Below, piece by piece: positions 20,367 through 32,913 of a stretch of 64,000 nucleotides of DNA. Made by a program: the position numbers and the translations under genes. Origin of the DNA: Reclinomonas americana ATCC 50394 (taxonomy: Eukaryota); contig PS015195.1 in NCBI GenBank assembly GCA_048213135.1, positions 42,267 through 106,266 on the forward strand. The letters run 5' to 3'. The notes under the pieces were generated by a model. The model saw nothing but the letters and a program-made list of their open reading frames with translations, did not search any database and had not been told where the DNA came from. Each line of letters opens with the position of its first letter. Positions within the stretch are counted from its first letter, which is position 1.

Positions 20367-21708
20367 CAACGACTGAACTCGCTTGCACGCAGCGCCTGGC
20401 AACGGTCTGTGCGCTGGCCTCGGCCACGTCGACTGGTGAGTCCGCGCGCACACACCGCGCACTCTCTCTCTCTCTCCCTCTCTCCTTCCCTGACACTCAC
20501 ACTCCACATCCATGCAGCAATGGTGGTGGCGCCAGAAACGTGTTTGGTGAGCCGCACTGTATACTTCTTTCCCTCACTTCTTGTCATGACCTGAAGTATA
20601 TATTCATTCACAAACAGGAAACGCCTTCCAGTCGGCTGGTTTCTCGTGGACAACGTCGCTGTGCAAGGCCGACAGCGACGGCGACCAGTTGTCGAATGGA
20701 GACGAGCTGGGAGTTGCGGAGAGATCTGGAGAAAAACGCACCGTTGCAGGACCGTTACTAATGTATGCCAATGCAGGATCCATGCTGCGTGTGGTCGTCG
20801 GGATCGACACCGGCGTTCACCAGCACTCTGTCGGACCCCGCCAATGCCATGAGCAAGACCACGCGCCCTTCGTGCACTTTTGCCGGTGCGTTTTTATTCA
20901 ATTGGCAATTGGTTTGAGTGGTATTGTTGATTAGCAAGCGCCAACAGCACCCGGTGCGGTCAGCGGTCTCACGGCGTCGCAAGTTGCGCATGCATGTCTC
21001 GGTGTCTTCTCTCTCTGCCCGATGTTGTTCTCCTGTGGTTCTCCTGCATTTCGCAAAAGCGTGTTTCTTTCCGTCCGCCTTCGAATTCGCAAATGTTCCC
21101 TTCCCTGTTTCTTTCCGCTTGTCCTCTCTCTTCCCCTCCGCCTCTCCGCTCTCGCAACCTCACTGTTCTCCTTTCTTTCCCTTTTTCTTCCTCTTTCCTT
21201 GCAAACTCACTGTTCCCCTCTCTGTTTCTTTGCCCCCTCCACGCCGCCATGCAAACTCCTGTTTCTTTCCTCTTGTCCACTCTCTTTTCGAGTCCTCTTT
21301 TCCTCCGCCCTTGCAAACTATTCCCCTCCCTGTTTCTTTCCCCTTGTCCTCTCTCTTCCCCTCTGTCTCTGCGCCCTCGCAACCTCACTGCTCTTCTTCC
21401 TTTCCCCTTGCTTTCCTCTTTCCTTGCAAACTCACTGTTCCCCTCCATGTTCCTTTGACCCTTCCACTCCGCCCTTCTTCTCCCCTTGTCCTCTCTCATT
21501 TCCTCCTCCTGGTTCTTTCCTGTTTACCCCCTCCGCCTTCACTGTTGGCCGTTCACCATGTTCACCATCCGCCTCTGACAGGTCACTGGCGGCGCCGTGT
21601 CGCTGTCGTGGTCGGCGCCCTCTGGCTCCTGCTTCTGCTCGTACGCGGTGCGTGCGCCCACACTCGCCCTCATTCTCCACCCCCTGCTGCTCCCACTGAC
21701 GTGACATG

Positions 21709-21774
<66 letters not shown>

Positions 21775-22239
21775 GTACGTACGTACGTACGTTCCGTACC
21801 GTACCGTACCGTACCGTCCGTACCGTACCGTACCGTACCGTACCGTACCGTACCGTNNNNNNNNNNNNNNNNNNNNNNNNNNNNNNNNNNNNNNNNNNNN
21901 NNNNNNNNNNNNNNNNNNNNNNNNNNNNNNNNNNNNNNNNNNNNNNNNNNNNNNNNNNNNNNNNNNNNNNNNNNNNNNNNNNNNNNNNNNNNNNNNNNNN
22001 NNNNNNNNNNNNNNNNNNNNNNNNNNNNNNNNNNNNNNNNNNNNNNNNNNNNNNNNNNNNNNNNNNNNNNNNNNNNNNNNNNNNNNNNNNNNNNNNNNNN
22101 NNNNNNNNNNNNNNNNNNNNNNNGTCGGTCGGTCCCCGACCCCAACCCTACCGTCCCCGTCCCCTACCTTACTTCCTACCCCCCTACCCCCGTCCCGTCG
22201 TCGTCCCTACCCTACCGTACGGTACGTACGACTAGTCTC

Positions 22240-22277
<38 letters not shown>

Positions 22278-24952
22278 GTGTCACAATCAGGCCATTATTA
22301 CGCCCGCGGGTGGCACAGCCAGCACCCTGACCGGCATCAGCTCCACACTCTCGACGCTGACGGTGTGCCTCAGTCCGTCGACCACATACAACGTGCAGGT
22401 GGTGCCGGTGAACTTTCTCGGCAACGGCACCAGCGGGCCGTCTGTCACCGTGACCACCACTGCGACAGGTGCGTGATTCAACAAACGCTGCGACGTCCTT
22501 TCTCTCTTCGCCTTCTCCCTCACGCCACCCCGCTTCACAGGCACCATTGGCGCCTGCCCAGCACCCGCCACCAACACCGGCGGCACTGGTGGCGGCAGCA
22601 GCAGCGGTGGCGGCACCAGCACCGGCGGCGGCACCAGCACCGGCGGCGGCACCAGCACTGGTGGTGGCGCGAGCTCGGGTCCGAGTTGCGTCACCCTAAC
22701 AATGAAACAGCAGAACGGGAGGCCAGTCGCTCACTCTGCCCATGCAGGCCTCTCGCCCACCACGCCGACGGCTCCGACCGCCACCGCTGGCACAGGTGAT
22801 GTCACCAGCATGTACAAGCTGCGCTCGGATTTGATCTACCTCGGCCTCTTTATCGCCGTGATCATCGCTGCCGGAGTTATTCTGCTCTACGCTGTCAGCA
22901 AGCCCGCTCGCGGCGTTTCTCGCTTCCTCCTCCACCAGGTAACTCAATAGTCAGCGATCGAGACTCTTCCCGCACAGCGACTCAACCCTCGCGCACACAG
23001 AAACTCGCACCGCATCCCACCAACGCCTTCCTGAAGTTCATCAACTTGCACCGCCTCACCGACATGTCGATTGGCGAGTTGCTGGTCGTGTTGACCTACT
23101 TTGGCCTGCTCATCATTACCTACGTGCGCCGCTACAAGGTGCTGCATCCCACCGGAACCCTGTTGCGTCCGGCCGTTGACCAGTCTCTCTCTCATCAATC
23201 ATCTCGCTCACCATTTGCGACTGCAGGGAGCTCTACACTGGCTTTGTGGTGCTCGGAGAGATCAACCTGGTGAACATTGGCTTCCTCTTTATTCCCGTTT
23301 CGCGCAACTCGCTGGTTCTGTGGATCTTTGGCATGTCGTACGATCGCGCCCTCAAGTACCATCGCATGTATGCACACACCATTGCCGCACTGTATTGTTG
23401 ATTAACGATAGATGACCGACCTTGGCCTCCTCTCTCCGTGTAGGTTGACTCGCTTGTTCATTGTGTCGGTGACGATTCACGGTTGGGGCATTGCCGGCGC
23501 GACTTCCTCTGGCGTCTCGTACATTTTCCGCTGGAGCAATCCCGGAGCCAATCCGGGTCTTCCTGGAGTCATCGGTGAGTGGCGAGAGAACGCTCCTGTG
23601 TGCTGCTGTGAGACTGAAGAGTCTTTTGTTTTGTGCCTGCACAGCTTGGCTGTGCATGGTGGTCATGGCGTTGACGGCTTTCGAGTACATCCGTCGACGC
23701 GCGTGGGAGGTGTTCCAGTACACGCATTTCCTGTTCTTGGCGGTGATTGTGTTTTCGGCCCTTCACACAGTCGAGAGTTTGGCCTGGATGGCGCCCGTTG
23801 CGTTGCATTTTCTCGCCACCAGGAGAAATCATTCGTGTGCCTCACATATTCTCTCTGTGCAGGGTGTCATCTTGTTGCTGGTGGACTGGATCATTCAGGG
23901 TACGCGGTGGTTCCGGCACGTGACGGTGTGTTTGTTAGAGAGTACTCTTGTGTGTGCCTTGCTCATTCAACTCGCGCAGGCGTCTCTCGAGTTCGCCAGC
24001 AACTCACGTGAAGTGTGTGTCCTCACCCTGACTCGCCGTGATGGCAAGCCGTTCTCGTACCGCCCGGGCCAGTTCATGACGCTGCACATTCCGGCTGTCA
24101 GCAAGTTCGTCGCACCAACTCACCTGTCCCTCTGCCACGCCTCCCATCTCACGCGATTTTGCCTTTTTTTGCTCGTCACAGCATCCAAAGTCATCCGTTC
24201 ACGATCAGCTCGTCGCCGAACAGCGCGTTCTCCTCAAACGCCATCACCTTCCACATCAAGGCCGTCCCCGGCGACACGTGGACACAGCGCCTGACACAGC
24301 AGGTCGGCAAGCAGCAGTCGCTGACGGTGCACGCGGATGGCCCGTATGGCTCCTTGTCGGTCAACGCTGCGTCGTATCGCAGTATCCTGCTGGTGGCCGG
24401 TGGCATTGGCATCACCCCGCTGGTTTCGTTGCTGGTGCGTCGCGGCGCTCTGCTCATTTGTGCAACGCAAATGGTGGTCACTGACATGACCATTGCAACA
24501 GGGCTACCTGGCGNNNNNNNNNNNNNNNNNNNNNNNNNNNNNNNNNNNNNNNNNNNNNNNNNNNNNNNNNNNNNNNNNNNNNNNNNNNNNNNNNNNNNNN
24601 NNNNNNNNNNNNNNNNNNNNNNNNNNNNNNNNNNNNNNNNNNNNNNNNNNNNNNNNNNNNNNNNNNNNNNNNNNNNNNNNNNNNNNNNNNNNNNNNNNNN
24701 NNNNNNNNNNNNNNNNNNNNNNNNNNNNNNNNNNNNNNNNNNNNNNNNNNNNNNNNNNNNNNNNNNNNNNNNNNNNNNNNNNNNNNNNNNNNNNNNNNNN
24801 NNNNNNNNNNNNNNNNNNNNNNNNNNNNNNNNNNNNNNNNNNNNNNNNNNNNACCCGCCGCACTGGAGGATGAGGTGTTGAAGCAATGCTTCACACAATC
24901 GTCAATGTGCTCGTTTGCCATTGACGCCCACCGCGAGACCTTTGCTCTGTGA
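20157..24952 (+). CDS. signal peptide + temptin domain + fibronectin type III domain + Gly/Thr linker + ferric reductase (FRE/NOX superfamily) transmembrane, FAD and NADPH domains
   Basis: Temptin-like HPEYQAQVPNG..GLGH..GGGARNVFG..AGFSWTTSLCKADSDGDQLSNGDELG|DPCCVW. FN3 VSLSWSAP..LSPSTTYNVQVVPVN. Four heme His (KYHR, TIHG, YTHF, ALHT), PGQF, HPFT, DGPYG, LVAGGIGITP. C-terminal PAALEDEV..HRETFAL* after the gap. Confidence 0.88.
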
Positions 24953-25212
24953 GCACAAGTGTCAGCAGGGCAGCAAGCAGCAGCAGCTGGTGAATTTCCT
25001 GTTGTAATCGTTATCCGCGAAACCCACCAGCTTGCAATGAAGAAGCAACACTCTTGTTTCAACCACGCCACCAACGACGACGCCACCACTGTTTTTGCTT
25101 TGCCTGCTTCTCGGATCCGGATCCGGACCCGGCTTTGCTTTGTTTGCCTGGCTTATGGCCTTTCCCCGACTTCGATGTGCCGTGTACGATCGCAGAAAAC
25201 GCCATGCGTCTA

Positions 25213-25398
25213 TGCAAGTGCGTCAAATCCACTGGTCAACCACGCTCATGCGGTGAAGATCGCAGTTCTTGTTCGGAGCTCCGAGAGCGAACACACACAC
25301 ACAAGGAACCTGCTGCTGCCTCAAGATTGGTGTCTGTGTTGATGTTTTGAATACGGTCGAACTTGGTCATCAAGTCAGCTGTTGCGTGTTGTTGGTGA
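25213..25398 (+). repeat. dispersed upstream element, copy 2 (with two insertions)
   Basis: Blocks tgcaagtgYgtcaaatccactg, gagcgaacacacacacacaag..cctgctgctgcctca.gattggtgt and gttgc.tgtt.gttggtga are shared with 13190-13290. Confidence 0.8.
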
Positions 25399-25487
25399 AT
25401 GAATTTGTTGTTGGCGCTTTACACGAAAGCTGCCGACAAAGGCGAAGTCCGCAAGCAGGACTCAACTGTGACAATTTTCCGCGCGCA

Positions 25488-28400
25488 ATGTCTCGCCACG
25501 GAGTTCTGGTCGCGGCCATTGGTGCCGCGATGCTGGTGACCATGGTGGTGCTGTCCACTGTGGCACTGATGCAGGGACGCGTGTCTCGAGTGCCGCTCAC
25601 CCACACCAGCGCATCAGTGGAGAGTGACATTGTCAATACTCAAACAGCGGTGGCAAGCACTACTACTGCTCAGGTACACGCACTCTCTGTGAAGCAAACA
25701 CTGCGCTGTGTAAAAGTAGGCATTGTGTCGTCTTACATTGCATCATTATCAGGGCTCCCGTCGTCGTCTCATGCAGTCCATCAGTCTCGGTTTGTTCCTT
25801 CTCTCTGTCTCTCTGTATTTGTGCGTGCCCCTCACAAAGAGGAAGAAGAAGAAGAAGAATGACGATAAGGAGGGGAAGAAGAGGGAGGAGGAGGAGGAGG
25901 AGGAGAATGAGGGGAAGGAGAAGAAGAAGAATGACGATAAAAGGAAGAAGAATGACGACAAGGAGAGGAAGAAGAAGGGATAGGAGGAGGAGGAGGAGAA
26001 GGAGGAAGAGGAAGAGGAGGAGGAGAATGGGCGGAAGGAGAAGAAGGCGAAGGAAGAGGAGGAGGAAGGAGGAGGGGTACATTGTCTCTTGTAGCGGACG
26101 TGCCCCTCAAGGAGAAGAGGAAGGAGAAGAAGAAGAAAGTGGAGGCGAAGAGAAGGAGAAGGAGGAGGTCTCTCTCGCACACACTGTCTCTTGTAGCGGA
26201 CGTGCCCCTCAAGGAGGAGAAGAGGAAGAAGAATGACGATATGGAGGCCAGAAGAGCGGAGAATTGGGGGAAAGAGAAGAAGAAGAAAGAGGAGGCGAAG
26301 CGAAGGAGAAGGAGGAGGGGTATCTCTCTCGCACACACTCTCTCTTGTAGCGGACGTGCCCCTCAAGGAGGAGAAGAGGAAGAAATATGACGATAAGGAG
26401 GAGGAGGAAGAGAAGAAGACAAGGAGGCGAAGAAGAAGGAGGAGGAGTATCTCTCTCACACGCACTGTCTCTTGCAGCGGACCAAACGGCGCCCTTTGAT
26501 GCTCCAGCAGGCCCCGATCCGCGTCGCGATTTCATCAAGAGCGTGAGTCTCTCTCATCTCTATCCCTTCTCTCTATCTCTCTCTCTCACAGGACTGCGCA
26601 GATGTTCCGCCAAGCCTACGAACCCTACCGTGCACTGGCCAAGTGGCACGACGAGCTCAACCCGAACAACGCCACCGACCCCATTATCGATTGGTGAGTG
26701 AATGCAAGCAAGTGCACGAGCTCGATTTTTTGTGTGTGACCTCACTGTTGCGCGCCCGTGCAGGGTCGAGGGCGGCATTGGTCTGACGCCTCTCGACTCG
26801 CTCGACACCATGTACCTCATGGGCCTCACCGACTACTTTGAGGAGGCGGTGGCGTGGATCGAGAACGGCCTGTCGTTTGCCAAGCGCGGCAACATTTCTG
26901 TGTTTGAGTTGACCATTCGCGTGGTCGGCTGCCTCGTGTCGACCTACGACTTGTCTGGGCGCAAGTCGCTTCTGACGGCCGCCAAGAACATGGCGGACCG
27001 CCTGTTGCATGCGTTTGTGGCGTCGTCGGGTCTGCCCAACGGCATCATCGACCTGAAGCTGCTGAACTCGTCGGCGCACGAGTACGGGCTGGTGAACTTG
27101 GCCGAGATCGGCACGCTGCAGCTCGAGTTCAAGGCACTCGGCGACCGTCTCGGCGACGACTCGTACGGCGTGAAAGTGACCCATATCATGGACCTCATTC
27201 GTGCCAACCTGCCGCCGTCGGGCCTGGCGCCCATGTACCTGCAGGTGGAGACCGGCAAGTTCAACTCTTGTTGCGTTTGTGGGGTAAGAGGAGGATGAGG
27301 AAAGGCAGCACGCGGCGTCACTCACATGTTGATTGCTCAGCTTTCGTGACCTTTGGTGGTGGCGGAGACTCGTAGTTTCGTGACTCTCTCTTGCAGGGGG
27401 GAGGGGGGAGGGCTACTCATGCTCATCACGCTGTCTCTGGCAGTTTCGAGTACCTGCTGAAGCAGTACGTGCTGACGGGTGGCATTGAGACGACGTACCG
27501 CCAGATGTATGATCAGGCCATCGACAGCATGTATGAGGTGTGCACGCGCGCTCTCTCTCCCTTTTCCCTTCTCGTCGTCGTGCACTCACGCTGTCGCCGC
27601 ATGCAGACGCTGCTGGCCCGTTCTACTCCGTCCGGCCTCATGTACATTCAGTCGCTGAACAAGACGCTGCACGAGAACAACTGGCAGCACTTGGTGCGTG
27701 TACAAGCACCTTTGCTCCACTCTTTTTCATGTCCCCAAGCTCATCCATGCTTGCGTGTCTGTTTGTAGGGTTGCTTCATGGGTGGTCTGCTTTCGCTGGG
27801 CGCCACTGGACCGCGTGCTTCAGAAGACAAGGCGGCTGCGGAGGTAAACTTGGCCACTTGTGCTTGTCATCGTCGTCGTCGTCTTCAGCACCAAATCCAA
27901 TGCACCGCAGGGTATCACGTACACATGCTACGAGATGTACAACCGCTCGCCGAGTGGCATCTCACCCGACTCGGTGGATTTTGAGGACGGCAAGGACTTT
28001 GTGGCGGCGAATCCGCACTACGTCCTGCGTCCAGGTGCGCTCTTTCCCCTCCTTGCTCCCTCATTCTCCTCCCCCCCTTCATCACCACTCTAACAATCAC
28101 GTCATCGCACAGAGGTGGTCGAGGCCATCTTCTACCAGTGGCGCCGCACGCACAACCCCATGTACCGCGAGTGGGGCTGGCAGATTGCCGAGGCTCTCGT
28201 GTCGGTGTGCGTGTCCAACACGACGGGCGGCTTTGCCGGCGTGGAGGATGTTCGACTGTCGCCGGCGCTGGCCAAGCTGACGCAGGATGAGGAGCAGCAG
28301 AGCTTCTTCCTGGCTGAGACGCTGAAGTATCTGTACTTGCTGTTCTCCGAGGACGAGCTGGTGCCGCTGGATCAGGTGTGAAGGGGGGAAAAGGGGAAAA

Positions 28401-29375
28401 GGAGGAAAGGGGAAGGGGAAGGGGAAGGGGAAGGGTAGGGAGAGGATAAGTGAAGTAGAAAAGGGAGGGAGGGAGTAGGAAAAGGAGGGAGTGGAGAAGG
28501 AGAGAGAGCAGACAAGGGAGAGAGAGAGTTGGAAAGGAAAGCAGTGAAAAGCTCTGCAGTTCTTCTTCTTACCTTTCTTCGTTCTTATTGATCCTCTCAA
28601 GTCTCTCCTTCTGCTGGCCTTTTCTTTCTCTTTTTTCTCGATTTTCTCCAATTCCTTCTCGAGAGTGGAAAGGGAGGGAGTGGAGAAGGAGAGAGAGCGG
28701 ACAAGAGAGACAGTAGGAAAGGGGTGAGTGGAAAAGGAGGTTGTGGAAAGGGAAGGCAGTGGAGAAGGGACGGTATGGAATAGGAGCGAGTGGAAATGAG
28801 ATGGAAATTGGAAAAGTGATGGAGTGGGAAAGGCAGGGAGTGGATGAGGAGGGAGAGTGGGAAAAGGCGATGGAGTTGGAAGGGGAGAGTAGGAAAGGAA
28901 TTGAGCGAAATGCTTTCTGCAGTTCTTTGTGTCTGCTCAAATCTCTGCTTCTGCTGGCCTTTTCATTCTCTTTCTTCTCGATTTTCTTGCCTTCTCTCCA
29001 CTTCCTTCTCGAGAGTGGAAGGAGAGAGAGCGGACAAAGAGAGACAGTAGGAAAAGGGGGAGTAGAAAAGGAGGGAGTGGAAAGGAAGGCAGTGGAGAAG
29101 GGAGGAAGGGCAAAGGAAAGCGAGGAAGTGGAAAAGAAGCGTGTGCAAAAGGGCTATCTGTACTTCTTCTTTCCCTTCTCTATACGCTTACATCTCTGCT
29201 TCTTCTGGCCCTCATTCACTTTCTTCTCGTGAGTGGAAAAGGGAGTGGGGAAGCACGGAAGACTCACTGCAATCTCCCTCTGCTGTAGTTTGTGTTCAAC
29301 ACCGAGGCGCACCCGATCAAGATCTTCCACCCTGCACCCAACACTCCCTGGCTGCGCGGCGTCAAAACTGAATGA
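25488..29375 (+). CDS. class I alpha-1,2-mannosidase (glycoside hydrolase family 47), type II membrane protein
   Basis: HDELNP, LDSLDTMYLMGL, SVFELTIRVVG, LAEIGTLQLEF, GDSY|FEYLLK, WQHL|GCFMGG, YVLRP|EVVE, QSFFLAETLKYLYLLF, FVFNTEAHP. Confidence 0.95.
26081..26482 (+). repeat. intronic repeat of tctcttgtagcggacgtgcccctcaaggag (3 copies) ending at the real acceptor
   Basis: Copies near 26085, 26187 and 26341; real acceptor tctcttgcag|cggac at about 26477. Confidence 0.9.
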
Positions 29376-29426
29376 GGGCGCGAGAAGTGTCCCCATTTTT
29401 CCCGTCTTCTAAACAGTGTGCGTTAT

Positions 29427-31997
29427 TCATTCTCCCAACATGATGCGCCCTCCGTAAATGTTCCACAACACGGAGACCACTCGTTCGTCTCGCATGACCT
29501 TCCAGTAGAACGGATGCAGCGTGACACCGTCGTGTCGCGTCGATTCCACCGCCGGCGATCCACTCGTCAGCATGTCCAACAGCGGCACGTATTGAAACGA
29601 GCAGATTTCGCTCTCTGGCGAGCGCGGCACGTACGACTCGAAGCCCGGGTCGAATGGCACGCGCATCACAAACAGCACGTACTTGCTGTGCGGCAGGTAC
29701 GTAAAGTTGAGGTTGGCCAGCTCCTCCGTGTACTGTCGCCGCAGGGAGTCGGTGGCCTCGCCGGCAAAGTAGCAGTCGGTCTCCTCGGTGAATTCGCGCA
29801 GCGCCGTGCGGAATGGGTCGTGTTGGTCCGACGGTGAGCGCTTGCCCCCGAAGCCGACCCACAGGCCGGAGCTGCACGAAAGGGGGAAAGGGAAAGGGGG
29901 AATTAGAATGAGAGAACGGAGGAAGAGAGCAAGGGGTAAAGAGAGTTTTGTGTGTGCATATGTGTGTTTGTGTTTGGGAGGAGAATGAGAGAAAGAGATG
30001 GACTGACGAAGAATGGGAATATCTACGATGCTGGCATGGAGAGATATGGGCTTGTCAGTAATGAGGCGGGAGGAGAATAAAAAGACACACGCGTAGATTC
30101 AGAAAAGCGAGGGCTAGAGCGAAGGCAAGAGGAGAGATGGAGACGACTTGACGTGGCGGCATTCAAAGACAATGAGCCGGGGTAAAGACAAAATGAACGA
30201 CGTGATCTCTTCTTGTCATCTCACTTCGCGCTCTGCCCCTTGTGAACTCCTAGGAAACGAGGGGACGACTGGAGATACAGACAGGTATTCACACACCCTT
30301 TGTGTTCCATTCCGTAGAACTCGGAGTGCACTTGAGCGCGTTTTCGCGGTCCGTGACGCTTCTCACCGAGCAACGCGAACCAACGCCCCTCATACGCCGC
30401 AACTGCGGTGACTCGAGAGTAAGATCAAACGGTCGATCTCGTTTTCTGTCTCTCGCACGAAACGCAACTCGGAAGAATGCCGGCGGCCGTGTACCGCTGA
30501 GCCACCTGATTCAGCGTCAACAGATTTCGCTCGCGTCTCCGTTCCAGCACGACACGCCACGACACCACGGGACTGGCCGCCGGCCGCTTGGCCACACCCG
30601 CTGCTGCCGCTGCCGCTGCTGCCGCTGCGGCGGCTGCAGGTGGTGGCGAGGGTGGGACTGGTCGTCGCAACATCGGTGTGGCGGTGGCGGTGGCTGTGGC
30701 GGGTCGTGGACTATTCGGTGCTGTTGATGGTGGTGCTGCGTTCCCTGGTTTCCTCCTCCGAGATTTGCGTGACGATGATGTGCGGGTGGTGCTCGTTGGA
30801 GGCGGTGGATCCTTGCCCGTGTTCTCAACCGTCGACACAAACAGAGGGTGGTGTCGGTAGCGACGGAGTGGGTTGTCGGGGGCGTCTGCGTGAGGGCAGA
30901 GAAAGGGTGAGCGAGCTTGTGTAAAAGAAGGGAAGGGATAGGAAGGAGCGATGAACCCATTGAGAGGGCGCGCATGCCTGACTGAAACGTGAGGAGCAGA
31001 AAAAGAGGAGGCCAGTGCGTGTGACGGTACGCAGAGCGCGAGAATAGAAGATGACATGATACAAAGGGCGGAGAGTGTTATGGATCAGAGTGAGCACGCC
31101 TGTGTAAAGTGCAGAGAAGAGGCCGGCGCTCGTGATGGTATGCAGAGCAGGAGAAGAGAAGAGAACAGACAAGGAGATGATCAAACTGTGTTCGCCCACA
31201 GACGGTGAGAGCGAGCATGCCTATGCAAGACGAGGACAGTGCTTCTCACGGACGCGAAACAGGCAGGAGAGAAGGGAGAGGAAAGGGTTGAGATCACGAA
31301 TGGGTGTGATGGTGATGGGTCACAGATGGTGCGAGCAGTGAATGGGAGAAGAGCCGGTGCTTGTGATGAGATGCAAAGCAGGCGAGAAGGGAGAGGACAG
31401 GGTTGAGATCACGAAGGGGCGTGAGTGTGATGGTCGTCACAGGAGAGCAGGAAGATGACGGGGAGAGATCACAGAGAGCGGAGAGTGAGCATGCCTGTGT
31501 AAAGAGTGACTGGCGAGAGAATGAGAGAAGGACCAGCGCTTGTGATGAGATGCAGGAGAGAAGGGAGAGGCCAGGGTTGAGATCACGATGGGCAACCTTG
31601 TGATGGGTAACGAGTGAGCATGCCTGTGTAAATCGTGACTGGCGAGAGAATGAGAGACAAGCCGGTGCTTGAGAAGGAGATGGTGATTGATCCACAGACA
31701 GTAAGAGAGTGGAAAGTGCAGATGAGCGAGCAACTGAGCACAGAGAGGGAAAGAGATTCCCAGAATGAATCACAATGCAATCACACATTCACACACACCA
31801 CTGCTCATCAACGGCTTCGGCAGTGCAGGCGGCAATCTCCGCGTTCGCGCACGAGCCAACAACGACAACGACGACGAATGCGTTTGAAACACACTCATAC
31901 TCGCTCTCTCTACAGCTCTCTTTGCCACAGGTGGTGGTGCTGGTGGTGGCAGTCGACATCGACTCTCCATCACGGCCAGCAGACGCCGCCATAACAT
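29427..31997 (-). CDS. Nudix hydrolase with long N-terminal extension (possible mitochondrial presequence)
   Basis: AAGILP|IAAYEGRWFALLGE..G|SGLWVGFGGKRSPSDQHDPFRTALREFTEET (Nudix box). First exon MLWRRLLAVMESRCR..SS splices in phase to DAPDNPLRR. Confidence 0.75.
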
Positions 31998-32072
31998 GTG
32001 CGAAGGCGACTGCAGCGCGTGCACGAGGAACAGTGCAGCGCCACCGCCACTGCTCATCAAAAATCGAAATGC

Positions 32073-32913
32073 GATGAAGGAGGACACGCGGACACACCTC
32101 CTACGTCGTTGCTTCTCTTTCTGCAAGGCCGGAGATGCAGAAGGCTGCACTGCCCACCTCACTTCTATCCTCGTCGAGCTGCACGATCAATGTTGGAGGT
32201 CTCGAAGGTCGAAGTCGCCTGCACACGGCAACACGTCGCACGGCTCAGCTGCTGACGGCCCTCGCCTCCCGCCAGTCTCTCCTCACATCGCTCAGCTTCC
32301 CAAGATCAACAAGGTTGCTCTCTCCTTCTCGTTCCCTTCACTCTCCCTCTCGCCTCCCTTCTCGCTAGTCTCTCCTTACATCGCTCACCTTCCCAAGACC
32401 CACAAGGCTGCACTCTCTCCTTCTCGTTCCCTTCTGCACGACTGCAGCCGCACAGTTGTTCAAGGTCGCGACCAGACTGCCACTCTCCCTCTTGCTTCCG
32501 ACGGCCCTTGTCTACCCTTAGCTTCCCAAGATCAACAAGGCTGCACTGTCAAAGCTGCTTCTGACGATCTTACTCGTCGTCCCCTCTCTATTTGCTGCCA
32601 CACTGCCACTTTCCTCCCGCTTCTGACGGCCTTTCCTTGTTGTCAATCTCCCAAGACCGACAATCCTACACTGTCTACTTCGTTTCTGACGGTCTCACTC
32701 GTCAGCTCTACTTGCAACTGTAGCGCTCAACTTCTCAAGACCGACGACTCGTCCTCACCAATCTCTTCCTGCGCAGAGAAATCCATGCTTCTGACATCGC
32801 AACTCTGTGCCTCAGACTTCTCACGCCTACCACACGAAGCTGCTTATCCCGCAAGGATCCAGAAGACAGCAGCTGCCTCTCTAGTTCCAGTCGCTTCTCA
32901 GCGCTGCGCATAA
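32073..32913 (+). CDS. hypothetical ORF containing internal degenerate repeats
   Basis: Open frame from MKEDTRTHLLRRCF. The 3' part is repetitive (cccaagatcaacaagg-like units) and has no recognisable domain. Confidence 0.2.

Noticed and set aside
21772-22235. (GTAC)n/(GTACC)n runs, and similar GTAG / ACGA runs at 1-30 and 60495-60637
   Set aside because: They sit at contig ends right after dinucleotide repeats and resemble TACG flow-order noise from pyrosequencing; probably not genomic, and not telomeric or CRISPR
13190-25398. 12-kb DNA transposon bounded by the inverted element pair
   Set aside because: The interior holds ordinary intron-containing genes, with no transposase or target-site duplication seen, and the repeats are interrupted by insertions
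27372-27376. In-frame TAG in the mannosidase GDS motif (stop-codon reassignment?)
   Set aside because: An intron starts inside it (TA|GTTTCGT..CAG|T gives TAT, Tyr), and TAG, TGA and TAA all act as normal stops elsewhere in the window
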